From: Thraustochytrium aureum | Lineage: Eukaryota | Length of the DNA: 64,000 nucleotides | NCBI GenBank assembly: GCA_012862495.1 | Contig: BLSG01000231.1 | Coordinates: 12,377 to 76,376 of the forward strand | Direction of reading: 5' to 3' | Part shown: piece by piece, positions 48,150-58,023 of the stretch | Layout of the letters: each line of letters starts with the position of its first letter | Position numbering within the stretch: position 1 is the first letter of the stretch | Notes under the pieces: generated by a model | What the model was told of the DNA's origin: nothing | Databases searched by the model: none | What the model saw: the letters and a program-made list of their open reading frames with translations, nothing else | Program-made: the position numbers and the translations under genes

Positions 48150-48851
48150 TCAAACAAGGGGCGGCACGGCACCGTAACTATTTGGCATGGTCTGCTCGAA
48201 GCGCGTGAAGAACGGCGCGCGGTCCGCAAAGCAGGGCTCGAACACCTTGTCTACCGCCACCTTTGCGATGTCTTTGCAGTGCTCGTGCCCGGACACCGAG
48301 AGCTCGGCGCGTCTCCGGACGCAGGCCCCGCCCTGCCCCGCCACAGCAAAGTTGCGCCTGTTGATCTCGTTGATGAACGAGCAGTCTCCCGACAAGTGCG
48401 CAGCCCGGATCTCGCTGCAGGCAATGTGCAGGCAGTTGTCCCAGTCCACTTTGGCGCGGCAGTGATCGAACGCATGCACGAGCTCGTGCACCATCGTCCG
48501 CGTCACGAGATCCTGCTGCAAGTTGAACTTTTCTATGTTGTCCTCGCACAGCACGACCTGCGCCTTGAGAGCAGGATCCGTCACAAATCCCCCAGCGATG
48601 CCCTCGTTCGGCGCGCACGGTTTGCACGCGAAGAAGCCCAGCTCTGGCACGCGGCACCCGGCGTCCTCGAGGTTTTTCACGAGCCGCTTCACCTTGGTGT
48701 CATTTTTCGCCACGTGCAGCATCTCCTCGCACCGGGACTGCGCCGGAGCGGGCGCGCCGCCATCGAGGCTCAGCCCTCCGACGCCGAGGCCGACCGCATC
48801 TAGCCCAGCGCGGAGTGCGCCTTTCGCAGCGCCGTCCTGCGGCTCTGCCAT
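48150..48851 (-). CDS. ATP23: Mitochondrial inner-membrane metalloprotease ATP23 (peptidase M76)
   Basis: TMVHELVHAFDHCRAKVDWDNCLHIACSEIRAAHLSGDC, CVRRRAELSV, VDKVFEPCFADRAPF. Confidence 0.93.
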   Translation of the reverse strand: MAEPQDGAAKGALRAGLDAVGLGVGGLSLDGGAPAPAQSRCEEMLHVAKNDTKVKRLVKNLEDAGCRVPELGFFACKPCAPNEGIAGGFVTDPALKAQVVLCEDNIEKFNLQQDLVTRTMVHELVHAFDHCRAKVDWDNCLHIACSEIRAAHLSGDCSFINEINRRNFAVAGQGGACVRRRAELSVSGHEHCKDIAKVAVDKVFEPCFADRAPFFTRFEQTMPNSYGAVPPLV

Positions 48852-49469
48852 TTTCCAGCTCGCACGCACGACCGGGGTCTGTCGCGTCCAGCGATTTTCA
48901 ATCGACTNNNNNNNNNNNNNNNNNNNNNNNNNNNNNNNNNNNNNNNNNNNNNNNNNNNNNNNNNNNNNNNNNNNNNNNNNNNNNNNNNNNNNNNNNNNNN
49001 NNNNNNNNNNNNNNNNNNNNNNNNNNNNNNNNNNNNNNNNNNNNNNNNNNNNNNNNNNNNNNNNNNNNNNNNNNNNNNNNNNNACAGTAACCATTGGCAC
49101 AGCCTGGAGGACAGGTGCTCATGCAGTTTCACACCTCGTAGTAACGTTTACTACCGCGTCAGTTGACTTGCACAGGCAAGTTACAGACACCGAACACCAG
49201 ACAGACAACAGCGGTACAAGGCAGGGAGCCGACAGCAGCAGGTCTGCAGGTGGAGATCGCTGCGTGGTCAGTCACACGGACGATCTCAGGAGTCGGGGCT
49301 GGAAGTAACGTAGCACAAGTGCTACCGTGGCAAGAACAAAGTTCTTGGCCGAACAGGAGTTATTTGCCTTAGAGATTACGTGCTGGAGGCAGACCAGCAA
49401 GCTGTGCCTGGAAGCTAGCGGTGCTAGCGTCGGTACAAGCCAATTTGCAGCCAGGCGTAGACTTTCGCG

Positions 49470-49529
49470 TCTTCGTACTGGGTCCCTTTTCTTTTCACAT
49501 CTTCGTACTGGATCCCTTTTCTTTTCACA
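49470..49529. repeat. 30-bp direct tandem repeat
   Basis: TCTTCGTACTGG(G/A)TCCCTTTTCTTTTCACA x2. Confidence 0.9.
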
Positions 49530-49990
49530 GGACGTTCCTTTGGTGGACTTGACCGACGACAGGAGCACGCCGTTCCTTCGGGGCACCGTGAAGCTAGACA
49601 AAACCTGCATAGCCGGGGTTTAGTCGCATAGACATCCTCCAATACTTTAGAAGTAATACAAAACATGCTTCTACATGCAGAGGTCTTTGGCGACGGGGAG
49701 GCTGTCCGCGGCGGCAGGGCGGCTCCTGGCCTCGCGGTTGAAGACCCGCGCTGCGGCGTGGCGGTGCAGGCCTCTGGAATGGCCGGCCGGCTGGTCGATG
49801 CCGCATGGGTGTGACGCGGCGGCGTGGGCTTTCTCTGTTTTTTCATGAAAGTCCCGCTTGAACGTCGTTTGTCCTGTGCGAAGAGCCGGCTCCAGCCAGC
49901 TCTCGAGGCAGGCTGCAGGTAGACGAAGGCACCGCCTGCAGGGTCCGCAGTTCACCGGAAGCTCGCTCGCTCGACAACAAGTAAAAACCC

Positions 49991-52900
49991 ATGACACACG
50001 TTCATCGCATCGTTCGCGTCGAAAAATCGCCGCCCGCGTTCACCGCGAAGCGCAATGCCGAGGCAAAACCATCGCGTTCGCATCCCAAACGACCGTGCGC
50101 CACGCACAAGTTCGCAAGCATCAAGACTCGAGCGACTCCTCGGCACCTGGCCTCGCCGCGTTCGACACCAAACCCGCTGCGCCAACTCCCATCCACGCGC
50201 AACCTGCCATGTCAGACCAACGACGACGAGCACCGGTTCCTTCGAGGCCGCAGCAGCGACCGCCGAGCCCGCGGCGCGCTCGCAGAGCTGGAGGTCGGCG
50301 GTGACCTTGTAGCACTTTTCAACCTCAAGTGCAAGTCCGGCATCGACGTTGTTGTCGAGCTCACGCCAGACCTCGAGCGAATCCGCGTCCGGTCCCGCAG
50401 CGCAGAGCGGCGCGCGCGGATCGGGGACGCCGTGGGAGCTGCCGGTGTCCGCGCTCGGGGCCGCCACAGCGGCAGCCGCCAGCAGCTGCGGCTGCGTCAG
50501 GGATCGCTCGGCAGGGTTGAGGTCAAGGTTTGGGCAGCACGAATCACGCTGGGGATCCCCCCCCCGCTCCCGGCTGCGCGGACCCTCCCGACCTCGACCG
50601 GCGGCGGCGCGGCGGCTGCAGGCCATGGGCAACGCGGTATCTAGCGGCGGCTCGGGCCCGCCGAGGGAGAAGTTTATGCGACACCTCGAGGCGACCAAGG
50701 AGGAACGGCGGTCCAGACTCTCCAAGCTGCTCAAGGAGCGGCATGTCGGCATCCATCTCGTGCCAAAAGACGGCGAGGACGGCGCTGCAGGCCCGGCCGC
50801 ACGTGGAGTCATGTCGGCTTCCACCGAGGAGCGACTGAGAAGGCTTGGTTGGGACGGAAGTAGCGCGCCTCGTGCAGCCGTGTCCGTAGCCCAGCCTGGT
50901 GGCCGTAGCGCCGAGATACTGTTCGTTGAAGACGAGTGGGATGAGGAAGACGACGCAGACGGCGAAGATGGCGAGGGCCTAGAGAACGAGGGTCTCGAGG
51001 ACGAGAAGGACGACCCGGAGGCGCGAGCTGGCACTGTGCACAAGCCAGTGGTGTCCCCCTTGCCGCGAACGGAAGGGGCCATGTCTGCACAGGGTTTGCA
51101 AGCGCAAGCGCTCGCGGCGCTGCCAGACTCAAGCAACGTGACAGCCTCCAGTCTTCTGGACGATCCGGCGGTGCGCAGAATGGTGATGGGCGACGCAAAC
51201 AGCCAAATCCCCTTTTCTGTGCTGCAAAAGGTTGCCCGCGCAATCCAAGGCGAGGACGTTCCGCTTGCCGAGGAGTCCTCCCCCGCAGAGGTATCCCGAC
51301 ACGGCGAGGGCGCCCCAAGAGCGGCCGCTCTGGGCCCGGTACCGCCAGGGAAGAATCGTCCAAGGACCAGCAGGGAAGACCGCGACGGAGATGAAGAGGA
51401 TGAAGAACTAGAAGACGAAGACGATAGCGAGGATGACGGCAGCGACGACGANNNNNNNNNNNNNNNNNNNNNNNNNNNNNNNNNNNNNNNNNNNNNNNNN
51501 NNNNNNNNNNNNNNNNNNNNNNNNNNNNNNNNNNNNNNNNNNNNNNNNNNNNNNNNNNNNNNNNNNNNNNNNNNNNNNNNNNNNNNNNNNNNNNNNNNNN
51601 NNNNNNNNNNNNNNNNNNNNNNNNGGAAGACGACAGCGAAGAAGACGAAAAGGAGGAGCGAGCCCGAACAGAAACGGCGGGCGGGAAGAAGAACGCCGAG
51701 CCAAGTTCGAAAGCGACCTCGCGGTCGTTTTTCCTGGAGGAGCTTACTTTTCTTGCCAACTGCAGCCCGCGCAAGAACCGCATCGCCCTCCTGCATGGCG
51801 AGCTCGTGGAGCTCCATATCGTAAAGCTCACCGACATCATGGCCACGGCCCGGTTCCAAGACGAGTACCGCGTGACGCTGCGCAGCCTGGAGCACCCGCA
51901 CTTGGTCCGCGTCCGAGGCGTGAGCAAGCGGAAAGACAACCTCTTTGTGGTGGCGTGCGACTTCCGCGAGACGTCGTTGCGTGAGCTGCTGGATAGCGGG
52001 TACCGCATTCCATACCCCTTCGTGCTGCGATTCGCGTTCCAGCTCTGCAGCGCGATCCTCTACTTGCACCGCCAAGGGCATACGCACTTTGACATCCACC
52101 CGCGCAACATCTTTTTCGACGGCAACCAGCCGCCGAACCTCTTCCTGCTCGACACCGGGGCGGGTCGCGCGTTCAACGGGCAAACTGGTCCGACAGCCAT
52201 CGTGGCGCCGGAAAAGGCGATCCAGAGGTCCGCGTCGCGCAAGGACGACGCGTTCACGCCGGCAATCGACGTGTTTCACTTTGCGTTTGTGTTTTGGGAG
52301 ATGCTCAGCGGCGTTACACCCGACACCTTTTTGACCAACGTCGACGCCGAGAACGACACCCAGTACGCCGTCCCTGAGAAAGAACGGCGCCCGCCGCTGC
52401 TGGCGGTCCCGCCCGAGTTTCGCCAGCTCATTGCCAGCTGCTGGGCAGAAGAACCGGCGGAACGGCCCACTGCGCAGGACCTCATCCTCGAGATCAAGCG
52501 CCTCATTGTTGCCACAAAGGAGGCTGGTGCGCCGCCGCAAGCCCCAGCCCCCGTCGCCTCCACGGCGGCCAGCAAAAAAGCGAGCGCCGTGGCGGACAGC
52601 CCAGAAGGCAAGATTGAGGTCGATGCGAGCCGGGGACAAGTGGAGCTGCGACGTCTCCGCCGGCTTCAAGGCTACGAGTGGATCCGCGCGCTGGCAAGCC
52701 TCTACGCGCTCCAAGACGTTTGCAGCGCTAACTCCAGCTCAGGGCTGGGCGCCAGCTGGCCAACTTTCGAGGGATTGCTGGCGCAGTTTCGTACAGGCTG
52801 CGCCGTGGGGCTTGAGCGTCTCGCGCTGTGGAGGGTGGAACAGGTCGAGTGTGGCCCGGACGAAAAGGAGGAGCGTCTCGCGCACCTTGGCAAGCTCCAG

Positions 52901-55472
52901 TCACTTTTCTTGGGCCGGCCAGGGCTCTGTGTCGCGAAAGCGATTCGCTCAGCGGCGGATCGGGGCCAAGCTTCGGGCGACGCGCCAGAACCGCCTGGTA
53001 GCCAAGTCGGGCACAGTGCGCTGCTCCTCGACTACTCGAGCGGGGCAACGCTCGCGGACGTCATAAGCCGTGGAGGGTGCGCACAGCCCCAGTTTTTGGC
53101 GCGCCTTGCCTGGGGTGTCTTGCAGGGCCTGAGCTGGCTGCACCGGTTCAAGCTCCCCCACGGCTCGCTGTCGCCGCGGCACGTCCTGCTTGAGCGCTCG
53201 GGCCAGGTCCAATTATCCGGATTCGATCAGGCCAGCGAGAGCGCGTGGCGCCGATTGGCCGGCGAGTACGGCTTTGTGAGCCCGGAGACCATATTGCTAG
53301 ACTCCAACTCTCCGGCCAGCGACGTGTGGAGCCTGGGCATGTGCCTCTGGTCGTGTGCGACGGGTGCTCACCCGCTGCAGGACATCACCGACTGGGCCAA
53401 GGTGCGCGAGTACGCGACGAGCTACAGCATGACGCCAAACCTCTCGCAGAACGTAGTGACGCCAGAGTTTGGCGCATTTGTGAGTAGCTGCATGCAGCGG
53501 GACCCAGGCAAGCGGCCCAGCTGCGAAGCTCTGCTTCGCCACGCCTTCTTGGCGGACTTTGTCGACTACCCAGGCATCCCCAAGGGCGGAAGCGACCCTG
53601 ACGTGAACGCCACAGCAGGGGCCACTGCCTTGCAAGTCCCGCTCGACCCAGCGGCGTTGCGCCGCATCGAGCAGGTTGTCACGTGCAAGGAGATCGAGGC
53701 GATTTGCCGCCGCCTCGTAGCGCTCAAGGGCGACTCCTTTGACGTCTCCAGAGTCAATCTGGCCCGCTTTGGCGCGGCGCTGTCGGTCCTGGGGCCCGAC
53801 TTTGTCGCTGATCGGCTTGTTTCTCGGTTGCGGCTGGTGCAGTTTCACGCGACATCGCGGGACGGTCTCGGCGGCTCTGGCGGGTCAGCTGCCACCGAGG
53901 ACAAGTCTTCTACGATCGCCGGGCTCGTCGGGGCAACGTCAGGTAGTCTGGCCGAAGCGGCAGCTGCAGCCCTCAACGGCGGAAGCCCAGACGCGGTCGC
54001 CGAGGAACTGCGCACGCGGGTGGGCGCAAACAAGCTCGCTTTGGTTCGCGGCGGACGCGGCCCCGTCAACTGGCGCGTTGCAATCGACAAGATGCTTGCG
54101 GCGGTCGATGTTTGCAGCATAGAATATGACATGCAAGAGCAAGCGGCATCCCCTGTGCTCGTTGCTCTCGGTAAGAGCTCGCTGACGCAAGTTTTTGTCC
54201 TCGAGTCCCTGCTGGGCTCGCCGGACGCGTTGATAGACTTGGGTGTCGCGCTGAGCTCCGACGCGGACGTTGTGTGCTTCATGGCGTACCCGGACGTCGC
54301 GATGGCGGTGCACGGGCAAGGTGTGTCTGCGGTAGACCATCGCGAGCAAGTGTGCGCGAGGGCAACGGCGGCAATCCTCGCAAACGCTCGCGGAGGCTCT
54401 TCCGCTCTGCACGAGGCGAACGACCCTTGCCTGCTCGGCGCGTTCGCGTCTGTAGCAGGTCATCGCAAGCCGTATTCGGAATATGCGACGCGGTATGACG
54501 TATTCATCGGTTGCCCGATGGACGGGGATGGGAGCGGGATGCCCTTTTCGCAGGTTCTCGTGAGCTGGCTCGCCACCAAGCCAGAAGAGCTGCTGCTCGC
54601 CTATGCCCGCTTCGATGAGACCAGCAAGTTGAAGGGCCATCTGGAGCGGCTGATCGCCCTGGAGCTCGCCTCCGCGGTTCTGTTTTATGTTCTTCCGGGG
54701 GACGGCAGGGGGTACTCTCTCTTGCTTCGCGCGGCGGCGCACGCGGCGGCGGGCAAACAGGTCGTCATGGTGCTAGGTGACTCAGTTCTGGACAATGCCG
54801 CAGACAGGGCGCATTTGGAAGCTGGCCGGCGGGCCTTCCAGAGGCACATTGCGCCTCTCAAGGGGGAGTCGGTGCACGTCTTTGGCGCGGGCGAGCTGGA
54901 CGACGCAATCGAGCTTGCCGTGGAGTTGAGCGGCGGGCTGGGGGGCGATCGAGAAGATTCTCTCGATGGGCTGGCGGCGGACATTGAGTCCGAAATTCGC
55001 AAAGCGGGGGCAAGTGGCGGCGGGCCGCCGCTTTCGCTGGCGAGGAACGGCAGTGGTGGTCGGTCAAGCGTGCTTGGCCCAGCTGGGGCCCGTTCGCAGC
55101 TTGGCGGTCGCTCTTGCCTCCCCGAGTTGGTTGACCAAATTACCGACTCGCGCTTTCTGCAAGACTTGGGCAAGGTGCGCGGGCTTTTGGGCGACAACTG
55201 GACCCCATCGACCGAGCTGATCGGCGAGCTCGAGGCCGTCTCCGCGCGTGTTGCGGCGCTCTTTGGGTCCATCAAGGGACGCGGGAGCGCAATTTGCGAA
55301 GAGTACCCCACGCGGTTGCGCGAGCTGGTGCAAAACTTGCAGAGCGCCGCCCCTCCACAGCGCCCCGCACAATCCCGCTCGCATGCTAGCTGATCTCATG
55401 GATGCGTTGCGGGTGCATTGCGGCTCCGATCCGGCCCCGTCATTCCCGTACAAATGGTTGGGTGTGGCCTGA
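49991..55472 (+). CDS. Large signalling-type protein: PH-like region, acidic linker, two degenerate kinase domains and two Raw/NDT-like domains
   Basis: Kinase 1: HPHLV, HFDIHPRN, LLDTG, APE, DVFHF, CW.EEPAERP. Kinase 2: HGSLSPRH, LSGFD, SPE, SDVWSLG, DPGKRP. Two flavodoxin-like repeats at ~54025-54400 and ~54490-54930. Start is 49991 with an indel at ~50627, or MGNAVS at 50625. End is 55393, or 55472 with one indel. Confidence 0.8.
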
Positions 55473-57134
55473 ACCAGAGTGTTTCAGAATGCGCACTTGT
55501 AGGCTGTCCGACGGATTTCGATCGTTTCGGTCCAATCGCGTCGCTTGCTCACGCGGTCGGGCTCATCCCCCCTCCTTTTGCACACTTCGCGCCAACGTTT
55601 GTGGTTCGGGCTGGCTCGAGGCAACAGAGCCAAATGCGACCTGGACGAACGACCGCAAAGTGTGCAGGCCGTCCGTCAAGAACGGCCGCAAACGGCTCGC
55701 CAAGGAACAGTATATGCTACCGCCTCGATCAGGCACAAGCGAGTGAACCAGAATCCGCGCCAGAGCCAGACCCCCTGCCTGCCTGGCCAGCCGCCCTCCA
55801 ACAATAAATTCACCAAGGGAAAACAAAGAGCCGATGGCGACTTGCGCACCCCTAACCGCGAAGAGCCGAGCGAGCATAGAAGAAGCCCCCGCACAGAGCG
55901 CGGGGTGGGTGGGTGGAAAGCTCGTTGTATTTGATCCGCACTTGGGCGTGGCCCCACCAATTTACCCAAAGTCCTTCCAGGCAGCCGGTTAATCGGAGCC
56001 CAAATGCCGTTGAACTGGAAGCCCGAGGCCGAGCTGAGGCCGGCGTTGATCTAGGGGACCTACAAAGGCGGCAAGCAAGGACCCCAAAANNNNNNNNNNN
56101 NNNNNNNNNNNNNNNNNNNNNNNNNNNNNNNNNNNNNNNNNNNNNNNNNNNNNNNNNNNNNNNNNNNNNNNNNNNNNNNNNNNNNNNNNNNNNNNNNNNN
56201 NNNNNNNNNNNNNNNNNNNNNNNNNNNNNNNNNNNNNNNNNNNNNNNNNNNNNNNNNNNNNNNNNNNNNNNNNNNNNNNNNNNNNNNNNNNNNNNNNNNN
56301 NNNNNNNNNNNNNNNNNNNNNNNNNNNNNNNNNNNNNNNNNNNNNNNNNNNNNNNNNNNNNNNNNNNNNNNNNNNNNNNNNNNNNNNNNNNNNNNNNNNN
56401 NNNNNNNNNNNNNNNNNNNNNNNNNNNNNNNNNNNNNNNNNNNNNNNNNNNNNNNNNNNNNNNNNNNNNNNNNNNNNNNNNNNNNNNNNNNNNNNNNNNN
56501 NNNNNNNNNNNNNNNNNNNNNNNNNNNNNNNNNNNNNNNNNNNNNNNNNNNNNNNNNNNNNNNNNNNNNNNNNNNNNNNNNNNNNNNNNNNNNNNNNNNN
56601 NNNNNNNNNNNNNNNNNNNNNNNNNNNNNNNNNNNNNNNNNNNNNNNNNNNNNNNNNNNNNNNNNNNNNNNNNNNNNNNNNNNNNNNNNNNNNNNNNNNN
56701 NNNNNNNNNNNNNNNNNNNNNNNNNNNNNNNNNNNNNNNNNNNNNNNNNNNNNNNNNNNNNNNNNNNNNNNNNNNNNNNNNNNNNNNNNNNNNNNNNNNN
56801 NNNNNNNNNNNNNNNNNNNNNNNNNNNNNNNNNNNNNNNNNNNNNNNNNNNNNNNNNNNNNNNNNNNNNNNNNNNNNNNNNNNNNNNNNNNNNNNNNNNN
56901 NNNNNNNNNNNNNNNNNNNNNNNNNNNNNNNNNNNNNNNNNNNNNNNNNNNNNNNNNNNNNNNNNNNNNNNNNNNNNNNNNNNNNNNNNNNNNGCTAGCT
57001 AGCTAGTAGCAGGCAACTGCCAGCGAACAGGCGAACGGGTCGCGACCCAAAACGCTGGCAAGGCAGGCCACATTTCGATACTCGGAGTGGCGCCCGAGTC
57101 GGGAGCGTGTGGCGGGGCCAAGCGCTTGCGCAGC

Positions 57135-57136
57135 CT

Positions 57137-57167
<31 letters not shown>

Positions 57168-57174
57168 AGCAGCA
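57135..57174. repeat. (CAT)n(CAG)n trinucleotide tract
   Basis: CATCATCAT..CAGCAGCAG upstream of UFM1. Confidence 0.9.
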
Positions 57175-57234
57175 GTGCTCGAGTGGAGGTCCTGAACATC
57201 GCGCGTCGGGACGGGGCGTGGCTTGCAAAGCAGG

Positions 57235-57746
57235 ATGTGAGTTTGAAGGTGGAGTGCCTGCCCGAGCACGGGTCGCGAGGTGGGTGTTTGGTGCTTGCGC
57301 TGGGTCGCGCGCCGGCCGCTGACGGGCCCGCCGGCACGCAGGGCGGAGACCAAAGTGCAGTTCAAGATCACGCTGGCGTCAGACCCCAAGCTTCCATACA
57401 GAGTTGTCAAGGTGCCGGAGGAGGCCCCGTTCACGGCCGTGCTCAAGTTTGCTGCTGAAGAGGTGCGTTGAGCCGCGGAGCGGTGGAAGGCGAACGGCGC
57501 TGACAGCGGCAGGCTCTCGCGCGCAGTTCAGAGTACCGGCGGCCACAAGCGCGATCATCACCAATGGTAAGTGCGAGCGAAGCGCAGGTGCGGGGCGACC
57601 GCCGCGCTCGCTAACCAGCCCTTTCGATCCGTGAAGACGGCGTCGGCATCAACCCCACGCAAACAGCAGGTACGATATTCATGAAGCATGGGCCTGACTT
57701 GAGGCTCATTCCCCGCGACCGCGTCGGCGGCGGCAAACACGCCTGA
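57235..57746 (+). CDS. UFM1: Ubiquitin-fold modifier 1; exons 57235-57236, 57342-57462, 57527-57566, 57637-57746
   Basis: Spliced product [90 protein letters not shown]. Three GT-AG introns, each with a CTGAC or CTAAC branch site. Confidence 0.96.
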
Positions 57747-58023
57747 TCGCGGGTCTGGAGGGGCCGCTGCATTTGGCGGGCTTGGACGACGCCGAGCAAG
57801 GCGCCGCGTCAGGCCCGACCGCCACTCCGCCTCGTCCGGCAACTCGGCCCACGCCGCCGGCCGGCGTGCGCCACATGTTGGAGCGGCTACCTCAGGCCAC
57901 CTAGCTAGCTAGCTAGAGCGCGTGTGACGGCGCTCGGCCTGGCGCCACGACGCCGTGTCGCGCAACAAGGCACTAAAAGCAACAAGAGAAATTGTTCCTT
58001 CCGGCAGGCGGCCCTCGGGCTGA

